64,000 nt of DNA from an uncultured Prevotellaceae bacterium (GTDB lineage: Bacteria > Bacteroidota > Bacteroidia > Bacteroidales > Bacteroidaceae), in NCBI GenBank assembly GCA_902790625.1, contig CADASP010000011.1:9856-73855 (forward strand), given 5' to 3'. The notes under the pieces are model-generated. The model saw nothing but the letters and a program-made list of their open reading frames with translations. It was not told the DNA's origin and searched no databases. Shown here in pieces: positions 27,218 through 36,468 of the stretch. Position 1 is the stretch's first letter, and each line of letters begins with the position of its first letter. Made by a program: the position numbers and the translations under genes.

Positions 27218-27982
27218 TCACACCTGGCTCTCGCCCTCAATATACTGTTGCAGAAACAGGTGCTGCCCGTCGTAGACCACATAGCTGAAGTGCGTGATCC
27301 AGTCGCCCAGCACCACCACGCGAGCCTTCTTCGTCAGCTGCAGGTCTATCTCCACGTGGCGGTGGCCGTAGATGAAGTAGTCAACGTTCGAGTGGTACTG
27401 AATATATTGCTTGGTATAGCGTATCAGGTACTCGCGGTCCTCGCCCATGTAGGGTGGCTCCTCGCCGTTGGGGTGCTTCATGCGTGAGCGCTTGGCCCAC
27501 GTGTGGCCGAACCAGATCCCCCAGCGGGGATGGATGGTGGAGAAGGCCCACTGGCACGCCCGGTTGTGGAAGAGGTAACGAACGAACTTGAATTTCTTGT
27601 CGGGGTCGCCCAGCCCGTCGCCGTGGGCCAGGAAGAACACCTTCCCATACAGCTCGGTGGTGATGGCCTGTTTGTGCAGGATGACGCCACACTCCTTCTC
27701 TAAGTAGCCGAAGGTCCAGATGTCGTGGTTGCCGGCGAAGTAGTGCACCTCCACGCCCAGGTCGGTCAGCTCCGACAGCTTACCTAAGAAGCGGGTGTAG
27801 CCCTTGGGCACCGCGTACTTGTATTCAAACCAGAAGTCGAACATGTCGCCCAGCAGATAGATGGCGGCAGCCTTCTCCTTGATGCTGTCGAGGAAGCGCA
27901 CCAGCCGCCGCTCCTGCATGCGTCGGTGCTCCAAGGCCCAAGATCCCAGGTGGGCATCGGAAAGAAAATAGATAGGCTTCAT
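27218..27982 (-). CDS. lpxH: UDP-2,3-diacylglucosamine diphosphatase
   Basis: Metallophosphoesterase motifs SDAHLG, LGDMFD, GNHD, HGDG, GHRH, LGDW. Confidence 0.88.
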   Translation of the reverse strand: MKPIYFLSDAHLGSWALEHRRMQERRLVRFLDSIKEKAAAIYLLGDMFDFWFEYKYAVPKGYTRFLGKLSELTDLGVEVHYFAGNHDIWTFGYLEKECGVILHKQAITTELYGKVFFLAHGDGLGDPDKKFKFVRYLFHNRACQWAFSTIHPRWGIWFGHTWAKRSRMKHPNGEEPPYMGEDREYLIRYTKQYIQYHSNVDYFIYGHRHVEIDLQLTKKARVVVLGDWITHFSYVVYDGQHLFLQQYIEGESQV

Positions 27983-28113
27983 ATTAAGTGATTTCTATTT
28001 GTTCGCGTTTCAATGCGCAGCCCTTCCCATCCCTTCAACGAGAGGGGGTAGGGGTGGGGTCCGTGTCTTCTATCTGTCGGCTCACCTCCCACCTCCCACC
28101 TCTCACCTCTGAC

Positions 28114-28434
28114 TTATTCAAACCCTAATTCCACGCGGGCTTCCTCGCTCATCATCGACTGGTCCCAGGCGGGTTCGAACACCAGGTTGACGGTGGCGCC
28201 GTTCACGCCTTCGAGGCTCTCCACCTTTGTCCGCACATCTTCCAGGATGAAGTCGGCGGCAGGGCAGTTCGGGGCGGTGAAGGTCATATCGAGTTCCACG
28301 GAGGCATCCTCGTGCACGTCAATCTTGTATATCATGCCCAGGTCGAAGATGTTCACGGGAATCTCCGGGTCGTAGACGGTCTTCAGCACCGCCACGATTC
28401 TCTCTTCCAGCAGCGCCTTGCTCTGATTATTCAT
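28114..28434 (-). CDS. Fe-S cluster assembly factor (SufT/PaaD-like, DUF59)
   Basis: LKTVYDPEIPVNI.DLG.IY, MTFTAPNCP, VNLVFEPAW...MMSEEAR..LG. Confidence 0.9.
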   Translation of the reverse strand: MNNQSKALLEERIVAVLKTVYDPEIPVNIFDLGMIYKIDVHEDASVELDMTFTAPNCPAADFILEDVRTKVESLEGVNGATVNLVFEPAWDQSMMSEEARVELGFE

Positions 28435-28512
28435 GTCAACAACAATTATTCTCTTTTCTATATCAACTATAAATACTATGTCAACTATACATACTATCCC
28501 TACTATCCCCCC

Positions 28513-30534
28513 TTACTTCTTCATCCTATAGATCCTGAAGGTCATGGCGGGCAACTGGTCGCTCACCACCAGTGTGTTCTTGGCACCGGCGGTGCAGTTC
28601 ATCGTGCCCAGTCGGGGCATTATCTTCTCCGGCTGTTCCAGCGTGTTCTCGTCGTCCCACGAGCCATTGTGCTGCAGGGTGATGGTCTGGGCGGTGCGCT
28701 CGCCCTTGATGTTGTTGATGTTCAGCACCACCTCCTGTGGCTGCTTCGACGTGTTCACCACCTTCACCACGACCTCGCCGGTGGGGCTGTCGAAGACGGC
28801 CGAGGCGAAGAGCCCGTCCTGTCCCTCCTGTCCGGCCACGGGCTTGCCACCCATGGTCAGCGGCAGCACGTTCGTGCCCTTGTTCATGGCGAACATCTGC
28901 TGCACGTAGTAGCTCACGCTCTTAAACGACCGCAGGTTGTCGAACCAGATGGCGTCGGGGCGCCACTGCCAGCCCTCCACGTGGGCAAACAGCGGGGCGT
29001 AGGTGGCCATGTGCACGATGTCGGCGTTGCGCTCGATGCCTGTCATGTGGGCGGCCTCGTAGAGTGATGTCTCAAAGTGGTTCCATTTCTTGCCCCGTCC
29101 GTGGCAGGCATACTCGCCGGCAAACACCTTCGGACCCTTGCGGTCGTAGCTGTCGTAGCGCAGGCCGTGGGTCAGGAACCACTGCTCGTTGCGATAGTAG
29201 TGCTCGTCGTAGAGGTCCACCTTCAGCTCCTTCATGCGAGGCTGCAGCAGGTCGAAGTCCCAGCCCTCGCTGTTCGGACCGGTGGTGCCGATGAGCTTCA
29301 GCTGGGGGTACTTGGCGCGCAGGGCGTCGTTGAACTTCTTCAGTCGCTCGGTGAACACAGGACCGTAGCCGCCGTGCTGCTCGTCGTAGTCCCACTGCTC
29401 ATTGCCCACACCGAGATATTTCAGGTTGAAAGGCTCGGGATGCCCCATGTCGGCACGCACCTTGCCCCACTTCGAGTCGACGGGACCGTTGGCAAACTCC
29501 ACCAGGTCCAGGGCATCCTGTATGTACTCGTCGAGCTGGTCCACGGGCACGTGCACGCCGGGCTTCGTGGGGTCGGGGTTCTGGAACTGGCAGCTCAGTC
29601 CGCAGCTGATCACGGGCAGTGCCTCGCAGCCGAAGTCCTCGCAGAGCTGGAAGAACTCAAAGAAGCCCAGGCCGTAGCTCTGGAAATAGTCGGGGAAGAA
29701 GCGGTGACCGAAAGTGTAGTGCCAGCGGTTCTCGTTCAGCGGACGGTTCTCCACGGGTCCCACGGTGTTCTTCCAGTTGTAGCGCGTGGCCAGGTCGGTG
29801 CCCTCCACGATGCAACCGCCGGGGAAGCGGAACACGCCGGGGTGCATGTCGGCCAGCGCCTGGGCCAGGTCGCGGCGCATGCCGTTCTCACGACCTTTCC
29901 ATGTGTCGGTGGGGAACAGGCTGATGTGCTCCACGTCGGTGGTGGCCTTCCGTCCAGCCAGGAAGATGCGCAGGGCACCCTTCGGCTCGGTGCGTGGGCT
30001 CTTCAGCTCGGCGGTGTATTTCTTCCATTCCTTGCCGCTCACCTCCACCTTTGCGGTGGCGAAGCGCTGATCCTCGCCCATGGTGTCGTTGTCTACGAGG
30101 CTCACCTCCAATGTCGAGCTGCCGCCCTCGGGACAGCGTGCCCACACGCTGAAGCGGTAGGTGGCATCTCTGAAGGTGGCGATGCCGAAGAAGCCTTCGT
30201 TCTCCAGACCAGTGAACTTGTCGTTATGCCCACTGTAGCGCAGACGCACATAGTGGGGGTTGCGGTCGAAGGGACCGTCGTCGCGCACCTCGAAGCGACC
30301 GAAGGCGCGCCAGCCCATCAGACGCTCGGGAAACTCAAACGAGCGGTTCTTCACCATCTCGGCATACAGGCCACCGTCGGCGGCGTAGTTGATGTCTTCG
30401 AAGAAGATGCCATACATCGTGGGCTGCACGGCGGCGCCCAACTTCTTGGTGTTCACGTCCATCACGTGCTGGGCCTGGGCCGTCAGGGTACCAGCCAGCA
30501 GAAGGGTGCAAGAGAATAGTTTTAGTTTCATCAT
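28513..30534 (-). CDS. Alpha-L-arabinofuranosidase, GH51
   Basis: Signal peptide; YGIFFEDIN.AADGGLYAEMV.NRSFE, RFPGGCIVEG, GVGNEQW, DEHYY, FAGEYA, RNADIV.MA.YAPL. Confidence 0.93.
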   Translation of the reverse strand: MMKLKLFSCTLLLAGTLTAQAQHVMDVNTKKLGAAVQPTMYGIFFEDINYAADGGLYAEMVKNRSFEFPERLMGWRAFGRFEVRDDGPFDRNPHYVRLRYSGHNDKFTGLENEGFFGIATFRDATYRFSVWARCPEGGSSTLEVSLVDNDTMGEDQRFATAKVEVSGKEWKKYTAELKSPRTEPKGALRIFLAGRKATTDVEHISLFPTDTWKGRENGMRRDLAQALADMHPGVFRFPGGCIVEGTDLATRYNWKNTVGPVENRPLNENRWHYTFGHRFFPDYFQSYGLGFFEFFQLCEDFGCEALPVISCGLSCQFQNPDPTKPGVHVPVDQLDEYIQDALDLVEFANGPVDSKWGKVRADMGHPEPFNLKYLGVGNEQWDYDEQHGGYGPVFTERLKKFNDALRAKYPQLKLIGTTGPNSEGWDFDLLQPRMKELKVDLYDEHYYRNEQWFLTHGLRYDSYDRKGPKVFAGEYACHGRGKKWNHFETSLYEAAHMTGIERNADIVHMATYAPLFAHVEGWQWRPDAIWFDNLRSFKSVSYYVQQMFAMNKGTNVLPLTMGGKPVAGQEGQDGLFASAVFDSPTGEVVVKVVNTSKQPQEVVLNINNIKGERTAQTITLQHNGSWDDENTLEQPEKIMPRLGTMNCTAGAKNTLVVSDQLPAMTFRIYRMKK

Positions 30535-30570
30535 TTGTTAGTGTTTTATTACGTTATGGTTCATCACATG

Positions 30571-30578
30571 CAAAATTA
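30571..30578 (-). promoter_or_regulatory. -7 element for the GH51 gene
   Basis: caaaatta on + strand = TAATTTTG on - strand. Confidence 0.65.
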
Positions 30579-30828
30579 GTTAAAAAAAACCACACCCGCA
30601 AGTCTTTTGGAAAAAAACATTACTTTAGTGCCCCTTTTAGCATAATTCTTGGCTCACCATCCCCTCCTTCCCGCCAATAGCATCCATCCCGCCTATCCGT
30701 CTATGTCATCTATAGCATCTATAGCATCTATCCCGAAGAGCCGCCCTTTGGATGAATCCATCCAAAGGGCGGCTCCCTTTCCGCGCGGAGAAATAAATCG
30801 GCGTTCCCCTAAGAACTCCTCATCTCCT

Positions 30829-31695
30829 TCACTTCACCTGCACCACCAGATACTTGCTCGTGCTCCAGAACAGGCGTTGGTCGTTGATCTGCAGCGTATA
30901 CAGCCCATTCGCGCCCTTCGCCAGCGTATACGAGGCGGCGGGGTGCGAGGTCAGCAGCTCCGCTTTCTTCGAGTTCAGGTTCAGCTGGTTCATCTCGCGG
31001 ATGTCAATCTCGGTGAAGTACGAGGCGTCGAAGCCATCCTGCAGCACCTTACCGCTGCGCAGGATGTTATGGTCCTTCAGCTCACGTTTCGTGCCCACAG
31101 CATACCACGCGGCGTTGATCTGTCGGTCTTGCTGGTTGATGGTCTGGCTCTGCTGCTGGCTCTGCTGCTCCAGGTTGTTCAGGTTCTCGTTCAGGGTCGC
31201 CGTCTGCTGTTCCAGCTCGTCTATGCGGATGTTCTTCGCCTCCAGCTCCTGTCGCAGCTGGTTGATCTCCGCAGTCTTCTGTTCCATCTGCGCCGTCAGG
31301 TTCTCGATGGTGTGTTGCAGCTGTTTGCTCTTCTTGGTGCCCTCGCCCATCTGTTTCTTCAGCTTCTCTATCAGCTCAGCGTTCTGCGCCATCGTCTGCT
31401 GGATATACTGCATGTTCTCCTTGATGCGCTCACGGGCGCTGGCACCCTCGCCGCGTCGTGCCACGGTGAGGCGTCCCTGGGCCTCGTTGATCTCGCGGAA
31501 CCCGTCCTCAATCTCGTTCAGCGTCGACAGCAGCTCATCCTGGTCGTTGCGCAGCATCTCGTTCTCACGTTGCAGCTCCTCAATCGCCGATGCCTCACTG
31601 CCTTCGCCTTTACTTGCCAGTCCGGCTTTCTTCTCGTCGCAGCCACTGATGACCACGGACATCAGTGCCATCAATAACAGTTTTTTCATCTTCAT
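30829..31695 (-). CDS. Conserved Bacteroidales coiled-coil lipoprotein (Cbp1-like, tentative)
   Basis: Lipobox ISGC; long heptad region; conserved C-domain AWY..GTK.ELK...IL...F...YFT.IDIR...LLT.HP..SY....FWSTSKYLVV.VK. Confidence 0.75.
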   Translation of the reverse strand: MKMKKLLLMALMSVVISGCDEKKAGLASKGEGSEASAIEELQRENEMLRNDQDELLSTLNEIEDGFREINEAQGRLTVARRGEGASARERIKENMQYIQQTMAQNAELIEKLKKQMGEGTKKSKQLQHTIENLTAQMEQKTAEINQLRQELEAKNIRIDELEQQTATLNENLNNLEQQSQQQSQTINQQDRQINAAWYAVGTKRELKDHNILRSGKVLQDGFDASYFTEIDIREMNQLNLNSKKAELLTSHPAASYTLAKGANGLYTLQINDQRLFWSTSKYLVVQVK

Positions 31696-31742
31696 TCTAT
31701 TTTAGGTTAATGAATATCTTCCATTGCGCTTCCCCCTCTCTC

Positions 31743-32414
31743 TCACTCCTTCCCCGCCACCACAATCACGAACTCCCCTCTCGGCTCCGTCTCTGTGAAG
31801 TGTGCCGTCAGCTCTCCCAGCGTCCCTCTCACGCACTCCTCATGCACCTTCGATATCTCTCGGCATGCGGCTGCCTGTCTCTCCGCCCCGAAGCACTCGG
31901 CCAACTGTTGCAGCGTCTTCAGCACCCTGTAGGGCGACTCATACAGCACGATGGTGCGTGGCTCGTCGCGCAGGGCCTCTATGCGGCTCTTCCGTCCTTT
32001 CTTCTGTGGCAGGAACCCCTCGAAGAGGAACCTGTCGCAGGGCAGGCCGCTGCTCACCAGTGCCGGCACGAAGGCTGTCGCCCCCGGCAGCGTCTGCACC
32101 TCGATGCCCGCACGCACGGCCTCGCGCACCAGGAAGAAGCCCGGGTCGCTGATGCCTGGCGTGCCCGCGTCGCTCACCAGCGCCATGTTCTCCCCCGCCA
32201 ACAGCCGGGCCACCACCTGCTGACTCGTGCCGTGCTCGTTGAACTTATGGTGCGACAGCAGGGGCTTGTGGATGTCGAAATGCTTCAACAGGATGCCCGA
32301 CGTGCGGGTGTCCTCGGCCAGCACCACGTCCACCTCTTTCAGCGTGCGGATGGCGCGCAGCGTCATGTCTTCCATGTTACCCACAGGCGTGGGAACGATA
32401 TACAGTATACCCAT
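31743..32414 (-). CDS. rsmI: 16S rRNA (cytidine1402-2'-O)-methyltransferase
   Basis: LYIVPTPVGN.ED.T.RA, AEDTR, LVSDAGTPGISDPG, FEGFLP.K.GR, YESP.R, REISK.HEE..RG. Start at ATG 32414. Confidence 0.96.
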   Translation of the reverse strand: MGILYIVPTPVGNMEDMTLRAIRTLKEVDVVLAEDTRTSGILLKHFDIHKPLLSHHKFNEHGTSQQVVARLLAGENMALVSDAGTPGISDPGFFLVREAVRAGIEVQTLPGATAFVPALVSSGLPCDRFLFEGFLPQKKGRKSRIEALRDEPRTIVLYESPYRVLKTLQQLAECFGAERQAAACREISKVHEECVRGTLGELTAHFTETEPRGEFVIVVAGKE

Positions 32415-32631
32415 AGCAGCCGCAAAATTAAGCAAAAGTTGCCACTAACACTCGCTTCCCGCCATTTTAATTCCCGCATTTAACTTTTTTTATTCATCCA
32501 CCGCCCCTTTCTCACCCTCTCGCCCTCATCCGTAGCCCCCATCTTCATCGAAACTATGATGCTCCCCCAGCGTTTTTCCCCTGTCTTCATCTCCCAGAAA
32601 AAATCCACGCCCTGGAATAAAAATTTGGAGC

Positions 32632-32685
32632 CGCCAAATTTTCAAAAGTCAACGCCAAATTTTCAAAAGTCAACGCCAAATTTTT
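32632..32685. repeat. 21-bp tandem repeat (cgccaaattttcaaaagtcaa) x2.5
   Basis: Copies at 32632 and 32653, partial at 32674; shares words with 9494-9525. Confidence 0.8.
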
Positions 32686-32740
32686 ACCCGGAGCGCTCCA
32701 ATTATTTCCAGCCCCTGCTTCCCCGCCTCCCCGCCCCCTC

Positions 32741-32940
32741 CCGGTTGGGTGTCGCGCGTATTCGCGCGCTCTCGCCCCCCCCCCCGGTTGGGTGGCGCGC
32801 GTATTCGCGCGCTCTCGCCCCCCCTCCCGGTTGGGTGTCGCGCGTATTCGCGCGCTCTCGTCCCCCCCCGGTTGGGTGGCGCGCGTATTCGCGCGCCCTC
32901 GTCCCCCCCCGGTTGGGTGGCGCGCGTATTCGCGCGCCCT
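32741..32940. repeat. Five palindromic 41-43-bp units separated by poly-C
   Basis: ccggttgggtg(t/g)cgcgcg-tatt-cgcgcgc at 32741, 32784, 32827, 32868, 32909. Confidence 0.9.
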
Positions 32941-33195
32941 TTGTTGGCAAGCCCGCCCAGGGCATTCTCTCTCCCTCCTGCCTCCACTCATTATATATTA
33001 TATACGCGCGCACGCGACAGCGATGCCGCCGCCCTCTAATCCTTTGTCCCACTGTCGCTTTTCTCTCCTTTCGCTGTCCAAAAGTGGAAATCTCCTTCGC
33101 TCCTCTCTATTTTGGCTATTGTATAATTTCTGTTAAAAATGCGGCTAAATGATAAAATAATGTAAATAAAAGTGTTGTTTTATCAAAAAAAATAC

Positions 33196-33203
33196 TAACT
33201 TTG
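33196..33203 (+). promoter_or_regulatory. -7 element of the pilus operon
   Basis: TAACTTTG about 60 nt upstream of the DUF3575 ATG. Confidence 0.7.
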
Positions 33204-33261
33204 CGGCTGATTTGTAGAACTCAATAGGCATTTTGATAAACGTCATAAACTGAATTAACTT

Positions 33262-33855
33262 ATGAAGCGAATGAAGACCGCGCTCTTGGCCGTCTGTTCA
33301 ATATTGTTAGCGACCATCAGTCCCTCTGACTGCCATGCTCAGCAAGTGGCCCTGAAGACCAACCTGCTCTATGACGCAACTACCACACCTAACCTCGGAT
33401 TGGAGATGGGAGTGGGCAAGAAGCACTCCATGCAGGTGTTCTATGGACTCAACCCCTTTAAGTTTAATCACGGCGCCGACCGAAAGTACCTCAAGCACTG
33501 GATCGTCAACCCCGAGTATCGTTACTGGTTCTGCCACCGTTTCAACGGCTCTTTCGTCGGCGTTCATGCCTTCGGAGGCGAGTACAGCGCCAGCAACATC
33601 AAAATGCCACTCGGATGGTGGAAAGAGCTGCGCGACCATCGCTTCGAGGGATGGTACATCGGAGCCGGCGTCAGCTACGGCTACCAGTGGGTGCTCTCGC
33701 AGCACTTCAACTTCGAGGCTGCCATTGGGTTCGGTGCCGCATACATCAACTACGAGAAGTTCAAATGCGCCAACTGCCAATATAAAGAGGGTAGTGGCGA
33801 CAAGACTTATGTGGGCCCCACCAAGGCAGCCCTCTCATTAGTATATATGTTCTAA
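33262..33855 (+). CDS. DUF3575 outer-membrane beta-barrel protein (fimbrial locus)
   Basis: VALKTNLLYDATTTPNLG.E, W.V.PEYRYWFC.RF.G.F.GVH, G.SYGYQW, YVGPTKA.LSLVY.F. Confidence 0.9.
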   Translation: MKRMKTALLAVCSILLATISPSDCHAQQVALKTNLLYDATTTPNLGLEMGVGKKHSMQVFYGLNPFKFNHGADRKYLKHWIVNPEYRYWFCHRFNGSFVGVHAFGGEYSASNIKMPLGWWKELRDHRFEGWYIGAGVSYGYQWVLSQHFNFEAAIGFGAAYINYEKFKCANCQYKEGSGDKTYVGPTKAALSLVYMF

Positions 33856-33921
33856 CAGCTGACCCACATCACGCCCATTAACACCATTCCCCCCATAAGA
33901 CCCATTCACCCCATCAATACA

Positions 33922-35400
33922 ATGAAATACTTCCTCATCATAGCAACCGCCCTGCTGGCCACTACCACCGCCCGCGCGCAGAACACACTGCGCCTCTCGG
34001 ACGACAACGATGTGGTGGCTGCGAAAAACCTGCAGGTGACACCCGCCGAAGGGCGAACCATCCTCACACTCGACATCGTGCTCGACAACCTGCGCGTGCC
34101 CAGTAACCGCTACCGCGCATTCACACCCGTCATCCGCTCGCTCGACGACACCACCCTCGTCACGCGCATGAAGACGCTCATCGTCAGCGGACGCACACAG
34201 GACATCATCTTCGAGCGCGACGGCATCGACGAGCTCTATCGCGACAACTGCGAGAAGATACGCCGCTACAACGGCACCGAGCAGACATACGCCTACACCG
34301 ATGCCATCGAGCGACAGCCATGGCACCAGAACGCACAGGTGCTGCTCGAATGCGACCTCTGCGGATGCGGCGACAAGAAGAAGAACCAGGAGTTCCCACT
34401 CGCCACGCTCAAGCAGCTCGACCCATGGGAGCTCACAGAGCTGGCCAACCAGGAGCCTGACACCTACAAGCCTATGCGCGAGCTGCATGGCACGGCTTAC
34501 ATCACCTTCGTCGTTGACCGCTGGGAGATGAAGCCCGACTATATGGACAACTATCGCGAGCTGCGCAAGATCACCGACACGCTCGACATCATGGTCGCCG
34601 ACCCCAACATCACCGTCAACCGCATCAAGATTCACGGTTGGGCCAGCCCGGAGTCGCCCTATAACCACAACCACATGCTGGCCACCAACCGCGCCAAGAG
34701 CCTCACAGACTGGCTGCGGCAGAACTATCAGCTGCCCGTCAGCGCCTTCGCTCCAGCAGAGGCCACACCCGAGAACTGGTTAGGTCTGCAAGAGGCATTG
34801 CCCAACCTCGATGCCACCCTGCTGCCCCACAAGAGCGAGATTGCCAACATCGTCAGCGACCTGCTGCAGCAGGATAGCACCGTCATCGCCAAGACAGCCG
34901 ACGCCACCGAGGCACGCATCAAGAAGCTCTACCCGCAGGAGTATATGTACCTGCTGAAGAACATCTATCCCGGTCTGCGCCGCTCCGACTATGAGATCAC
35001 CTTCAACATCAAGCAGTTCAACACCATCCAGGAGTGCCTCGACATCTACCGCACCAAGCCCCACCAGCTCTCACGCCACGAGCTGTGGCAGGTGGCACAG
35101 ACGATGAAGCCCTTCAGCGACGAGTACAACCGCGTGATGCAGACCACCCTCAACTACTATCCCGACGATGAGACGGCCAACGTCAACCTCGCTGCCGTCG
35201 CTCTCTCGCAGCGCGACATCCTCAAGGCTAAGACGCTCCTGCAGCATGCTGGCAACGGCGGTGCCGCCGAACAGCTCCGTGCCGTCATCGACATCGTAGA
35301 GGGCAACTACGACACCGCCAAGCGTCACCTCGACGCAGCAGAGCGCAAGGGCATCAACGTGGCCAAGAACCGCGAGGCCATCCGCCTCCTCACCCAGTAG
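33922..35400 (+). CDS. DUF3868 / OmpA-like / TPR pilus-associated protein
   Basis: Signal peptide; N-terminal Ig-like DUF3868-type region; I.I.G.ASPE.P..HN..LA..RA..L, ENW.GL, IYP.LRR.DY, TPR tail AN.NLAA.AL. Confidence 0.85.
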   Translation: MKYFLIIATALLATTTARAQNTLRLSDDNDVVAAKNLQVTPAEGRTILTLDIVLDNLRVPSNRYRAFTPVIRSLDDTTLVTRMKTLIVSGRTQDIIFERDGIDELYRDNCEKIRRYNGTEQTYAYTDAIERQPWHQNAQVLLECDLCGCGDKKKNQEFPLATLKQLDPWELTELANQEPDTYKPMRELHGTAYITFVVDRWEMKPDYMDNYRELRKITDTLDIMVADPNITVNRIKIHGWASPESPYNHNHMLATNRAKSLTDWLRQNYQLPVSAFAPAEATPENWLGLQEALPNLDATLLPHKSEIANIVSDLLQQDSTVIAKTADATEARIKKLYPQEYMYLLKNIYPGLRRSDYEITFNIKQFNTIQECLDIYRTKPHQLSRHELWQVAQTMKPFSDEYNRVMQTTLNYYPDDETANVNLAAVALSQRDILKAKTLLQHAGNGGAAEQLRAVIDIVEGNYDTAKRHLDAAERKGINVAKNREAIRLLTQ

Positions 35401-35420
35401 CCCCGTGCCCCTCCCCTCCA

Positions 35421-35448
35421 CCGGTCGGGTGGGCGGCGTATTCGCCGC
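35421..35448. repeat. Solo variant of the 32.7-kb palindromic unit
   Basis: ccggtcgggtgg-gcggcg-tatt-cgccgc. Confidence 0.65.
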
Positions 35449-35485
35449 TAAGCACAAAGAAAAGAACTCTATGTGAAATAGATAT

Positions 35486-36349
35486 ATGGATGACAAGCGC
35501 ATCATTAGATTCGACTATGCCATGAAGCGAATGCTTCGCGACAAGGCGAACTTCGCAATCCTCGAAGGACTCATACAAGTCTTGACAGGGCGAAAGCTGC
35601 GCATCGTCGAGATCCTCGAGAGCGAGGGGAACCAGTACGACAAGGACGACAAGTATAATCGTGTCGACATCATGGCTAAAGACCAAAGCGACGACATCAT
35701 CATCGTCGAGGTTCAGCTCACCCGCCAGCGACACTACTATGAGCGTATACTCTATGGCACAAGTAAGGCCATAGTAGACCACATCAGTCTTGGAGAAGGC
35801 TACGAGAAGGTGAAGAAGGTCTACAGCATCAACATCCTTTATATGAACTTCGGAGAGGGCAACGACTACCTCTATCACGGCACAACAAAGTTCATCGGGG
35901 TGCACACACACGACCAACTCAACCTGAGTGACAAGGAGAATGGGGCAATCGTGACAAAGACGGCCGCTGACATCTTCCCAGAGTACTACATCATACGTGT
36001 CAACGAATTCGACGACATGGCTACCACACCCCTCGAAGAGTGGATGGACTACCTGAAGAATGCGCGCATTCGCCCCGACACCACCACACCAGGCCTTCAG
36101 GAGGCTCGCGAAAAGCTCAACATCCTGCGCATGAACCATCAGGAACGGCTCGCATACGAGCGGGTGCTCATTGGACAGATGAACGAGAACGAGTCGTTTG
36201 AAACCGCTCGACACGACGGGTTCGAAGAAGGACTGGAAGAAGGAAGACGAAAGGCAATAAAAGAAATGACACAGCGGCTGATTGATGCGGGCATCGATCC
36301 GAAGGTAATAGCTAAAGCTACGGGAACCACACCCATCCCAACAGCATAA
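35486..36349 (+). CDS. Rpn family PD-(D/E)XK nuclease-like protein (copy 1)
   Basis: FDYAMKRMLRDKANF.ILEG, RVDI.AKD...IIVEVQ, ERILYG.SKAI, L.EW..YLKN, C-terminal EEG.EEG + HTH-like tail. Confidence 0.9.
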   Translation: MDDKRIIRFDYAMKRMLRDKANFAILEGLIQVLTGRKLRIVEILESEGNQYDKDDKYNRVDIMAKDQSDDIIIVEVQLTRQRHYYERILYGTSKAIVDHISLGEGYEKVKKVYSINILYMNFGEGNDYLYHGTTKFIGVHTHDQLNLSDKENGAIVTKTAADIFPEYYIIRVNEFDDMATTPLEEWMDYLKNARIRPDTTTPGLQEAREKLNILRMNHQERLAYERVLIGQMNENESFETARHDGFEEGLEEGRRKAIKEMTQRLIDAGIDPKVIAKATGTTPIPTA

Positions 36350-36468
36350 CGAATTCATTAACCCCCCAAAACAATTACACGTACCGGCAAACAAAAGTAA
36401 AACAAAGAAACAACAAATCAATTTTTTTTAATTCATCTTTATTATTAACTCTTTAAAAACAAAAGTTT

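Noticed and set aside
32741-32940. Possible CRISPR array (palindromic repeats at regular spacing)
   Set aside because: Units are separated only by short poly-C, with no unique spacers and no cas genes in the window.
32436-33261. Invertible (phase-variable) promoter for the pilus operon
   Set aside because: No inverted repeat pair flanking the -7 element and no recombinase in the window; the same applies to the 59898 promoter.
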